Assembly: GCA_033764315.1 (NCBI GenBank)
Contig: JANRJA010000035.1
Location: forward strand, 1 to 39,253
From: Oculatellaceae cyanobacterium bins.114
GTDB lineage: Bacteria > Cyanobacteriota > Cyanobacteriia > Elainellales > Elainellaceae
Direction: 5' to 3'
Length of the DNA stretch: 39,253 nt
The translations under genes and the position numbers were made by a program. Shown piece by piece: positions 1 to 8,057 of the stretch; the first letter of the stretch is position 1, and every line of letters starts with the position of its first letter. Below the pieces are notes generated by a model. The model did not search any database. It was not told where the DNA came from and worked only from the letters and a program-made list of their open reading frames with translations.

Positions 1-140
1 AAAAAGTCATGAGATCGCAGGACAGATGTTTGATAACGAGTACGATTTAGCAATTGCTGTCATGAATGGAATGGAAGCTCGTAGCCAAGCAGGTAGTTAT
101 GCACTGGAGCGTTTTATATTTAATTACACCTAGCTACTTA
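1..140 (+). mobile_element. Right end of an IS630-family insertion sequence, ending at a TA target
   Basis: The transposase stop overlaps the terminal sequence CCTAGCTACT, followed by TA (139-140). IS630 elements duplicate TA. Confidence 0.7.
2..133 (+). CDS. IS630-family transposase, C-terminal fragment (gene starts before the window)
   Basis: Frame 2 reads KSHEIAGQMFDNEYDLAIAVMNGMEARSQAGSYALERFIFNYT*, resembling the C-terminus of cyanobacterial IS630 transposases. Confidence 0.8.
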   Translation, partial: KSHEIAGQMFDNEYDLAIAVMNGMEARSQAGSYALERFIFNYT

Positions 141-298
141 ACTACCCTTGTAGGGGTAGTTAGATAGAATCACGTCTGTCTATCTACCTTTATGCAGGGA
201 ATTAGGCAGAATCGTATCTGTCTAACCACCCAAAATGGCAATTAGGGTAGACGAGATTCTGTCTATCTCGCCAATTGCGGAGTTTAGGCAGATTTTAT
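139..298. repeat. Array of alternately inverted ~15-bp units (GGGTAGTTAGRYAGA / TCTGTCTAWCTACCC), period 41-42 bp, REP/BIME-like
   Basis: Palindromes TAGRYAGA-N6-TCTGTCTA start at 161, 203 and 244 (left arm AGGGTAGA), with a left half-site at 285. The first linker is also palindromic (AACTACCC-ttgtag-GGGTAGTT, 140-161). Confidence 0.8.
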
Positions 299-634
299 TC
301 TCAGATTAAAAAATGGTGGCGAGACTTTAGCAAATCTTTATAGAGATATAAGTCTACGCCGTGTTATTGAGTACATGGATACTGAAAACCAATGACTGGA
401 TCAAAAGATGTCATTCGACTTAAGCATTATTTTGATCAAACCCAAGAGAGTTACGTGTATTGGATTTGGTGTGAAGTGAACCCATCAAAAAGCACAGCTA
501 TTGCCGTGCTCTCTAGTGTTTGTTAGTTTGGCTCAATCAACTGATCTGTTTCTGGTTATTCTTTTCCATCCTTTCACGGAGTCAGAGCAATACGAAGCAG
601 TTTCCCTTTTGGGGTAATCGTTGTAATTCTTGGG

Positions 635-733
635 GCGTTTATTTGAAACATGAGGACGTTGATTGAAAACACGGGAACGTTGATTGAAAACACAGAGACG
701 TTGATTGAAAACGTTGCTACGTTCAAAGAAAAC
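635..733 (+). repeat. 21-bp-period direct repeat, 5 units, core ACGTTGATTGAAAAC
   Basis: Exact core at 656, 677 and 698; degenerate copies at 635 and 719. Confidence 0.9.
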
Positions 734-826
734 GTGATCAGCGGCTAGTTTTTGCCTTGCGTCTATGAATTGCTCAGTCGATAGGCTAGCAAACCACCTG
801 CCATAGTTTCAGATTTCCTATAGGAA

Positions 827-938
827 ACGCGATGTGCAACTGAAGGGTTTAGATCCCAGGTTTCTCATTGGAGTTGATCTAAAAGTATCTGATTACACTA
901 CCAGAAACCGGGGATCTTGAAAAAGTCGCACATGGGGT
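827..938. mobile_element. MITE-like element, copy 1 (112 bp), 8-bp target duplication TATAGGAA
   Basis: Terminal inverted repeats ACGCGATGTGC/GCACATGGGGT; internal inverted repeat AGATCCCAGGTTTCT/AGAAACCGGGGATCT; TATAGGAA at 819-826 and 939-946. An inverted homologue lies at 33344-33454. Confidence 0.85.
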
Positions 939-1238
939 TATAGGAAACTAATCGCTATTCATTCGATATTACGATCATGACTGAATCAGTGGGTCATGTA
1001 GTGCGAACTAAAGTCTGATCCCCAGTATTTAAATCAGGTCAAGGTTATTTCCGCGACAGACCTTACGGATAGTATGTGGTACTTTCAAAACGAGAAGTCT
1101 GAGAGGCTTGCTGGATAAAGGCTAAACCACGCTTTGCCAGGAGTGCTACGTCAATAGATGAATGAAGATGGGTTCTCCTGCCTCTTGCTCTCTCAACCCT
1201 GTCGGTCTGGCATCGTATTTGTAAGAGTATAGAGACGT

Positions 1239-3494
1239 ATGTATCGATTCCAGATCAGTGCGGTTACACAACCTGGAGAAACGATCGCCCTGGTTGGTTC
1301 AATTCCTGAACTGGGCTCATGGGATGTAGTGCGATGTGTCCGGTTGCGAACTAGTCGCGATCGCTATCCACTGTGGTCAGTTGATCTTGACCTTGATCCA
1401 AATGAGGTATGGGGATCGGGCAATTTCCTAGATAGTTCAAAAATTGATTATAAATATGTGCGAATTCGTTTAGATGGCAGTGTTGAGTGGGAAGCATGGG
1501 GCACCAATCGTTGGCTGCCCATCGAAGCTGAAACCCTGCCTAGCACTGTCATTGTTGAAGATGGCGTGTTTGGGAGCATTCCATCTTATCCTTACGGCTA
1601 TTATGAGGAACCCTTGGTTCAATCTGCTCCTCAAAGCGAGGAAGGGCTCAAGATAGTCGTGATTGGCAGTTCTGTAGCGTTGGGGTGTAGTGCCTGGTTA
1701 TTGCAGGGGTGGGCATGGCATCTGGGGCAGGCATTGCAACAACGCTATGGGCACCAACTGGTAAATCTATCTGAGATCGGCACCAATGTCAGCACGACGA
1801 TCGCTCGATTTTCTCAAGTGGTGGCACCCGAAAAACCTGACATTGTCATTATTGCTCTTTCATTAGGAAATGAGGGTTTAGCCTCAAGTCCCCCGTCACA
1901 ACGACGGGCAATCCAACAGCACTTTGAAAACGGATTGCACCAGTTAGTGAAGATGACACGGGAATTAGGGGCGCGTCCTATTTTGGGTGGGGTGTATCCC
2001 AATGGAGGATACCTACCAGAACACTATGGCTTGTTGAGAGAAACCCACAAGTGCATGCTCACGTGGGGCGTTCCTGTGCTGGATTGGCTATCGGCAGTAG
2101 ATGACGGTCAGGGACGCTGGAAACCAGGGATGTGGATTGACCCTGCCCATCCCAATACTCTAGGACATCGACAGATGGCTGAGGCGATCGACCTGAGCCT
2201 GTTTCAACTCACCAAAGCTGACCTGGTCGCTGAACCCCATTCCTATCTCCCCGTCGAAAACCCCCTTTATCAAGACAACAGGGGGTTTCATGTGTTTACC
2301 CGCAAAACTGAAAATAGCTTACGGATCATCAATACCTCCCCCTATCCCTACACCATTGCGCCCGATTGGCAAAACTTGCAAATGGCGATACGGGCTAGCC
2401 GACCCACCCCAGGCATTTACCTCACCAACCTTCCTGCAACAGGAACCGTGCCCTTTCTCTTTGTCGAAAACGATGGAACGATCGCAACGACCCTTACGAT
2501 TCCCCCGACGGCTGATCTAACTTTTTATCCAGCATTTCATTTCTTTGCATCACAACGGTCAAATATTCTCTTTTATGATGGGCACCTGGGAATTCTTAAA
2601 GCCAGTGATCATCGCCTCTATGTGATCAATGAGTCAGACCACGACTACAACCTCCACCCGATGTGGAAGGAAGTTCGAGCGGCACTCAAAGCCATGCCAT
2701 CGGGCGTGTATGAAGACCTGGCTCACCCTGATGCTTCCTTTCGCACGCTGATGATCGGCAACGATGGGTTAGAGAGCCGAGTCAAAGTAGCTCCTCGATC
2801 GGCAATCGTTTTAGACTACAAGTGCAGTCTCTCGGAGATCAGCCGTGTAGCAATCATTCCCTTGGGCGATCGCTGTGCTGTGCGAATGCTGTTGTATAAG
2901 CTGGAATATGACGGGCCTGCCTTTCCCTTTGATCTGACCCGCAGCACTAATCTGGCAGACGTGGCTGACATGATTCAAAACGGGTTCCAAGACATGTGGA
3001 ATCCTGCTTTTTTACACTACAATCACGACGCCCGACGCATTTATCACACTAAATGGACTGGGTTATCTTTTGCTCATGAAGCGGAAGAAAGTGATGACCC
3101 TGTTCATGATATGTCTCCCGTGTATGAGCGCATGCGGGTTCGCTATACGGCTCGCTCTAGACGGTTTTGGTATACGCTGCAAATGTGTGACAAAGCATTG
3201 TTTGTGCGAACTGGGTGGTGCGATCGCGGCACTGTAATTGATCTAGTCCACAAACTCGAAGACAAATGCCAGGGAAAACCCTTTCGTCTCTTGCTGATCT
3301 CGCCACAGGCATCTGATGAATTTGCTGATCTTCCCAATGTGCTGCACCACAATCTAGAATTTAACCCCGATCATATGTATGAAGACTTGGGGCATTGGCT
3401 CTATTGCACTGAAGTGATGCGAGATATTCTTGACTCGCTAGGTGTATCAAGCAAAAATCTCTTTTGGTGTCCACCTAACCCTCCACAAGAGTAG
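1239..3494 (+). CDS. CBM20 (starch-binding) + SGNH/GDSL hydrolase + DUF1796 (putative papain-like cysteine peptidase) fusion protein
   Basis: CBM20: TQPGETIALVGSIPELGSWD...YPLW...YKY...WE. SGNH blocks: GSS, G, LGNE, DPAHP. DUF1796-like: PLGDRC...PAFPFD...FAHE...FVR. Confidence 0.8.
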   Translation: MYRFQISAVTQPGETIALVGSIPELGSWDVVRCVRLRTSRDRYPLWSVDLDLDPNEVWGSGNFLDSSKIDYKYVRIRLDGSVEWEAWGTNRWLPIEAETLPSTVIVEDGVFGSIPSYPYGYYEEPLVQSAPQSEEGLKIVVIGSSVALGCSAWLLQGWAWHLGQALQQRYGHQLVNLSEIGTNVSTTIARFSQVVAPEKPDIVIIALSLGNEGLASSPPSQRRAIQQHFENGLHQLVKMTRELGARPILGGVYPNGGYLPEHYGLLRETHKCMLTWGVPVLDWLSAVDDGQGRWKPGMWIDPAHPNTLGHRQMAEAIDLSLFQLTKADLVAEPHSYLPVENPLYQDNRGFHVFTRKTENSLRIINTSPYPYTIAPDWQNLQMAIRASRPTPGIYLTNLPATGTVPFLFVENDGTIATTLTIPPTADLTFYPAFHFFASQRSNILFYDGHLGILKASDHRLYVINESDHDYNLHPMWKEVRAALKAMPSGVYEDLAHPDASFRTLMIGNDGLESRVKVAPRSAIVLDYKCSLSEISRVAIIPLGDRCAVRMLLYKLEYDGPAFPFDLTRSTNLADVADMIQNGFQDMWNPAFLHYNHDARRIYHTKWTGLSFAHEAEESDDPVHDMSPVYERMRVRYTARSRRFWYTLQMCDKALFVRTGWCDRGTVIDLVHKLEDKCQGKPFRLLLISPQASDEFADLPNVLHHNLEFNPDHMYEDLGHWLYCTEVMRDILDSLGVSSKNLFWCPPNPPQE

Positions 3495-3640
3495 AGCACT
3501 CTATCTCAGTATCAAAACATTGTCATAGAACCTGATTTGGAAGAAAAGATCTGGGCTTACAGGAGAGGAAACTGAAGTCCCTAGAAGGTGGGATGAGGGC
3601 AAATTAGTTGTATACATCACATTAGGTAATGTAATAGCTT

Positions 3641-3703
3641 GGGAAGATTGACCCATGACCCTACTTCTAAGCTTTTTCATGAATCAAATAAGATTGCTAC
3701 ATA
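3641..3703. repeat. Partial (right-end) copy of the MITE at 28406-28534
   Basis: GATTGACCCATGACCCTACTTCTAAGCTTTTTCATGAATCAAATAAGATTGCTA closely matches 28477-28530. Confidence 0.75.
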
Positions 3704-3838
3704 AACCGAATAAATCTTTGTATAAACAAATTATTCCTTACTATTTCTGTGATTAAAAAAGTTCACTACATGAACAGTTTTGCACAGTCTATTTGTATGG
3801 AGCGGCATATATCGACATATCTTAGTCTGGAGTTTGTC

Positions 3839-3898
3839 TAAAAGTTTAGATAAAAGTTTAGATAAAAGTTTAGGTAAAAGTTTAGGTAAAAGTTTAGA
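3839..3898 (+). repeat. Tandem 12-bp repeat TAAAAGTTTAGR x5
   Basis: Units at 3839, 3851, 3863, 3875 and 3887 in AT-rich intergenic DNA. Confidence 0.95.
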
Positions 3899-4184
3899 TA
3901 AAAAATATAACAGCTCTAAATCATTTGTGAGATTGGGGAGTTGTCAGAAGCGTACCCTATTTGGGATGGCTACAGAATAATAAAGTTTAACCATCAGACC
4001 TTAAATAATTAAGCTTATTTTGAATGATTAGATCTAAATTCAAAATACTTATGAACTTATTTTTTATATGGAAACGCTGTATTATTTAAGCGTATAAAAT
4101 AAAAATCTGTAGAATGTTATGAGTGCGGAAAATATCTGAATTAGGATAACCGCCTGCGTTTCTTAAACTTGAAGAGGTCTAGAA

Positions 4185-5021
4185 ATGGAAGCAAGATTCA
4201 TTAGAACCCTTGTTTTATTTTTTATACTCACTGTTGTCTTTGGCATTCTCGAATATTTTTGGCCCAGCATCCCCAATCAGCCCCGGTTACGGCGTGGGCT
4301 TGGGACAGACATCCTCTATTGGTTTGTGACTCCGATGGTTAGCCAGATTTTGGCTGTCATTGCTGCCTCTATCGTGCTCTTGCCGCTTTATGCCCTGCTG
4401 GGGCGATCGCTCGAATTAAACAGCATTTTGGCAGGCTATGGTCCGGTTGCTCGATTACCCCTATGGGTGCAAGGGCTGATTGTGATTTTGATTGGAGATT
4501 TCATCGGTTACTGGACTCATCGAGTCAATCATCGGTTCACCCCCCTCTGGAACTTTCACGCCGTTCATCACAGTGCAGAGATTATTGATTGGTTGACTGC
4601 CGTTCGCATTCACCCTATTAACGATATTTTTTCAAAGGGGTTGAAAATTATTCCTATTCTGCTGATGGGGTTTTCTCCAATCGCCGCTGAACTTTACTCC
4701 CCCATTCTATTTAGTTATATTGCTCTGATTCATGCCAATGTTCCTTGGAGCTATGGACCTTTTCGCTATGTGATTTCTAGTCCTGCATTTCACCGCTGGC
4801 ACCACGAAATGGATAAAAAAGCGTGGGGTAAAAACTATGCTGGGTTATTCCCAATTTATGACCTGATCTTTGGCACGTTTTATCTGCCTCGTGGAGAACA
4901 ACCCAAAGAATTTGGTATCTATGGCGAGACGATGACCGACAACTTTATAGGTCAAATGCTTTATCCATTTCGTCATTGGAAATTTCTTCGGAAGGCTAAA
5001 GACTCATTAACCAACTCCTAA
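4185..5021 (+). CDS. Sterol desaturase / fatty acid hydroxylase superfamily membrane protein
   Basis: His boxes YWTHRVNH, FHAVHHS, HAN and FHRWHH; KNYAG...D.IFGT motif; hydrophobic helices. Confidence 0.9.
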   Translation: MEARFIRTLVLFFILTVVFGILEYFWPSIPNQPRLRRGLGTDILYWFVTPMVSQILAVIAASIVLLPLYALLGRSLELNSILAGYGPVARLPLWVQGLIVILIGDFIGYWTHRVNHRFTPLWNFHAVHHSAEIIDWLTAVRIHPINDIFSKGLKIIPILLMGFSPIAAELYSPILFSYIALIHANVPWSYGPFRYVISSPAFHRWHHEMDKKAWGKNYAGLFPIYDLIFGTFYLPRGEQPKEFGIYGETMTDNFIGQMLYPFRHWKFLRKAKDSLTNS

Positions 5022-5140
5022 ACCTCTTGACAGTCCGCTATTAGCGGCTCACCAAAGTGAAGCAACCAGGCAAGGTGATATCAGTCCCCCATTTGGCTCA
5101 CTTAGGACAAGCCGCTTAACCCGTTGTCAGCAAGATTTAG
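5017..5140. repeat. Imperfect long inverted repeat between convergent genes (MITE-like or terminator)
   Basis: CTAAACCTCTTGACA...TTAGCGGCT pairs imperfectly with AGCCGCTTAA...TGTCAGCAAGATTTAG. Confidence 0.5.
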
Positions 5141-5193
5141 AGCGTTGAGTGCAGTCGAAACGCATCTTACGTTAATTTCACCCAACTCCTGAT

Positions 5194-5865
5194 TCAGCAT
5201 TCTCTACCTTGAGGGAGCTGAGTTTCTACTGTCACGTCTTGATAACCGCCTTTGTGCAAAATGGTTTCTATGAGTTGCTTAGCGTTTTGATTGGCGATGG
5301 TGAGGGCATTACTTTCACAAGCTTCAGCTCTGATTTTTTGTAACGCATTGGCTTGAGCACGTTCTTGCAACGCCAATTCTGCATTGGGACCCAGCCACTG
5401 ACGATAGTGTGCCAGGATGCTAGAGCGATTAACATCCAGGGAAGCATCGGTGATATAGGGAGGAGGCAATATCACTTGAATTTGGCGATCGCCCATGTTC
5501 ATTTGCTTAACTTGCAGTTCACTCAGGTCAATTCCTGCTCGCACGGTGCCCACTCCTTCATAGACCAGGTTAGTGTTACCCACGTTTAATCCCAACAGTT
5601 TGCGCTTTTGCTGCGTCACGATGGTGGTTTTAGTCGATACGTTAACAGTGGTCAATTCTGTCATATCTTTTAAGCCACTGATAATTAGCGATCGCACCTC
5701 AGAGGTGGCGGCAGGTTGAGCACCCCACCGAGTTTGTGCCATTGGTAGCCCAAACCCAATCAACAGGGTCACAGTCACAATCATCAAAATGCCCCACACC
5801 AATTGGGCAAACATTGTTTCGATCACGCGAGTCATGATGGGTTTTAAGCCATTGCCAGAAGTCAT
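5194..5865 (-). CDS. DUF4230 domain membrane-anchored protein
   Basis: N-terminal TM helix; ELTTV, G.VRAGIDLS, LPPP.I and A..NAK motifs. Confidence 0.8.
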   Translation of the reverse strand: MTSGNGLKPIMTRVIETMFAQLVWGILMIVTVTLLIGFGLPMAQTRWGAQPAATSEVRSLIISGLKDMTELTTVNVSTKTTIVTQQKRKLLGLNVGNTNLVYEGVGTVRAGIDLSELQVKQMNMGDRQIQVILPPPYITDASLDVNRSSILAHYRQWLGPNAELALQERAQANALQKIRAEACESNALTIANQNAKQLIETILHKGGYQDVTVETQLPQGREC

Positions 5866-5990
5866 GGAATCGTCCTGTTTGTAGTGCTAACTCAACGCTA
5901 TCTCAATTTCTCTAATTCTGTCTTGTCAGAAGATGAGCGATCATCCCATGACGTAAAAAAGGACACCCTATTCACGTTGAGCCACACTCA

Positions 5991-6782
5991 TTAGATCAGA
6001 TGTACAGGATCGCCTACAGAAATAACTTTGCCCTCTTCTAAAGCAGATGATCGGGTATTGACAGCCAACCGATAAAAGTGATTAAAGCGCGATCGCTCTG
6101 CCCACGCAGGTAATGTGTCTTGCCGTTTTGCAATAAACGTTTTTTGAAATTGGGGGTAAGCTTCTCCTGTTTGGGAGTTACGCGTCACAACAACACAACG
6201 TTGACAGGGATTAACCCCCATAAACGTGACCTCCCCAATCTGAAAATTAACCGTTGCCTCTGGGGTTGTAAACAGATGGTCTTCCCAAAATGCAGGAACT
6301 CCGGCAATTTCGATATTGGCACGAAACCGTAAGCGGATTTCTTCAACATCCAGGTTGGGATACCAGGAGGCGATCGCTTCTAGGGTTGCCGTGCTAATCA
6401 ACGTGGGACCGGGAGAGGCCAAATCATCTGGAAATCCAGTTTCGAGGTTGCGTTTGATCGACACCGAGAAGCCAAAATAGTGACTCAACCACGCTTCAAA
6501 TACTGTTTGACTCGTTTCTAAATTAAACGTTTGCCGATCTTCTGATTCGTCTACCCATAAAGTGACGGTGTGAGTAACAAGATCAAATTGAGTGCGGAGT
6601 CGATGGACTTGACTGTTGCGCTTACCGTTGACGAAGTGCCCCGATGCATCAAACATCGCAAACTCGCGATCGCCCTTTAAAGCACCCTGTTTTAGAAGGC
6701 TTGCCTGCTCAAGACTAACCCGATCTAAAGACTTAATTGGGTAGATAAATAGGTTTGAAACGTAAGGGCTGATTGTCACCAT
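5991..6782 (-). CDS. MOSC-domain protein (YcbX/mARC-like, N-terminal beta-barrel)
   Basis: LFIYPIKS, DREFA, RFRANI, FWED and PCQRCVV motifs. Confidence 0.9.
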   Translation of the reverse strand: MVTISPYVSNLFIYPIKSLDRVSLEQASLLKQGALKGDREFAMFDASGHFVNGKRNSQVHRLRTQFDLVTHTVTLWVDESEDRQTFNLETSQTVFEAWLSHYFGFSVSIKRNLETGFPDDLASPGPTLISTATLEAIASWYPNLDVEEIRLRFRANIEIAGVPAFWEDHLFTTPEATVNFQIGEVTFMGVNPCQRCVVVTRNSQTGEAYPQFQKTFIAKRQDTLPAWAERSRFNHFYRLAVNTRSSALEEGKVISVGDPVHLI

Positions 6783-6942
6783 AGATCTTGTCCTGTCCCC
6801 ATTCCCAGGGTTTTAGCGAGTCGATGAAAGAACACCCTGACAGTATAGAGGACAGACCGATGCCTCTAAATATCTAGCCCAATAACTAAACGATCAGACG
6901 TTGCTACACTCTTTAGAAAATCTTTTTGAGAGGAGATTAAGA

Positions 6943-7170
6943 ATGGAACACCTGATTTTTTGGATGTTGGGATTTGGCATACTTTGGGCAGGTTTGAAAC
7001 TGTTTGACGATGAAGCCATTCTCATCGCCACTGCCATCATCGGTTCAGCCTTTGTCTTGATTGGTCTAATTTCTGCTCCCCTACAACTCCAAATTGGCAT
7101 TGAAATAGGGCTGATTGTTGCCCTATTCAACGTTTGTATGCAGTGTATCAAGCGGGGCGATCGCCCCTAA
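6943..7170 (+). CDS. Small hypothetical membrane protein (75 aa)
   Basis: AGGAG RBS before ATG at 6943; three hydrophobic segments; C-terminal CxxC. Confidence 0.7.
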   Translation: MEHLIFWMLGFGILWAGLKLFDDEAILIATAIIGSAFVLIGLISAPLQLQIGIEIGLIVALFNVCMQCIKRGDRP

Positions 7171-7176
7171 TCAAAC

Positions 7177-7206
7177 AAAAAGCTCCAAGCAAATGGCTTG
7201 AAGCTT
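7177..7206. terminator. Putative intrinsic terminator between convergent genes
   Basis: Hairpin AAGCTCCAAGC-aaatg-GCTTGAAGCTT preceded by an A-run (a U-tract on the minus strand). Confidence 0.5.
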
Positions 7207-7220
7207 AGAGTAACAACATA

Positions 7221-7267
7221 TATAGCAGTCCTAAACCAGTTGTCAGTGCAACCCATTGGGGATTGCT
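7221..7267. repeat. Miniature copy of the TATAGCAGTCCTAAA-ended repeat family
   Basis: TATAGCAGTCCTAAACCAGTTG matches the left end at 28406; the element ends in GGGATTGCT. Confidence 0.6.
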
Positions 7268-7276
7268 CAATTGAGT

Positions 7277-7657
7277 TTAAGCCGCTCGTTTTTGAGGGAT
7301 AGTGGGCTTCGGTTGAGAAATGCGAGGTTTCATGGTGGTCACTCGAAGCTGTTGAAGAGCTTCAATCATCTCAGCTTTTTTGAGATGTTTGTTCTTCCCA
7401 TGTGCATTCCTCCACTTAATGCCTGCCTGCTGACATTGCTTGCGTAACTCCTCAACCGGGGTTGATTTACGCCGAGCCGTGGTCGGCTCTTGAGTTGGTT
7501 TCGGTGAAACCGATTGAGTTGCACTAGCGGAAGTTTGAGGTCGCCATTTATCAGTATGTTGCAACCGATGATGAGCATAAATCGCAAACGATCCAGCTAG
7601 ATATCCAGCACTTAACACTTCGATGACAACCGTAGCTTGTGTCAAAAATGATTCCAT
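7277..7657 (-). CDS. Hypothetical protein: N-terminal TM helix and a C-terminal Rho-N/HeH-like helical motif
   Basis: AAGGAG RBS before ATG at 7657; VEELRKQCQQAGIKW...LKKAEMIEAL resembles the Rho termination factor N-terminal/SAP-like fold. Confidence 0.65.
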   Translation of the reverse strand: MESFLTQATVVIEVLSAGYLAGSFAIYAHHRLQHTDKWRPQTSASATQSVSPKPTQEPTTARRKSTPVEELRKQCQQAGIKWRNAHGKNKHLKKAEMIEALQQLRVTTMKPRISQPKPTIPQKRAA

Positions 7658-8057
7658 TGTCAAAAACTCCTTAAAGACCTTAAGAGGTGTCCCATCTGCC
7701 CCAGTCTGGAGAAGGGATGTAGCGATGACTGGGACTAGATACTGATCGGACAGGTTTCATAGATCTGAATATGACCAGATGTGGAAATTGTAATTGAATT
7801 TTTGATCTGCGAACTATAAAATTTGTATAACTTTTAAGGGATATGGCGATCCGAACAACACAGTAGTAGTGATAGGCGTGCGAGTCGCGGCTGCATTTAA
7901 AGTTGCCATTATGATGGTCATGGCAAGTGCTGGTTGAGTACCTGAAATGAGTAAAGCGATCGCGATCATCTTGGCAAAAGCCAGTGCCAACCGTAAAAGA
8001 GCTAGAAATTCAAGTTCAACCCCCTGCCCTAATTCTTCTCTGACCGATCATTCTGCG

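Noticed and set aside
286-479. Interrupted plus-strand frame ADFILRLKNGG...GFGVK
   Set aside because: No start codon, an internal stop, and no recognisable family.
139-733. CRISPR interpretation of the 41-bp and 21-bp arrays
   Set aside because: Variable segments are only about 6-20 nt and related to each other, the periods are too short, and no cas genes are present.
3780-3980. 66-aa ORF with KSLD/KSLG repeats
   Set aside because: A by-product of the 12-bp tandem repeat; TTG start and no RBS.
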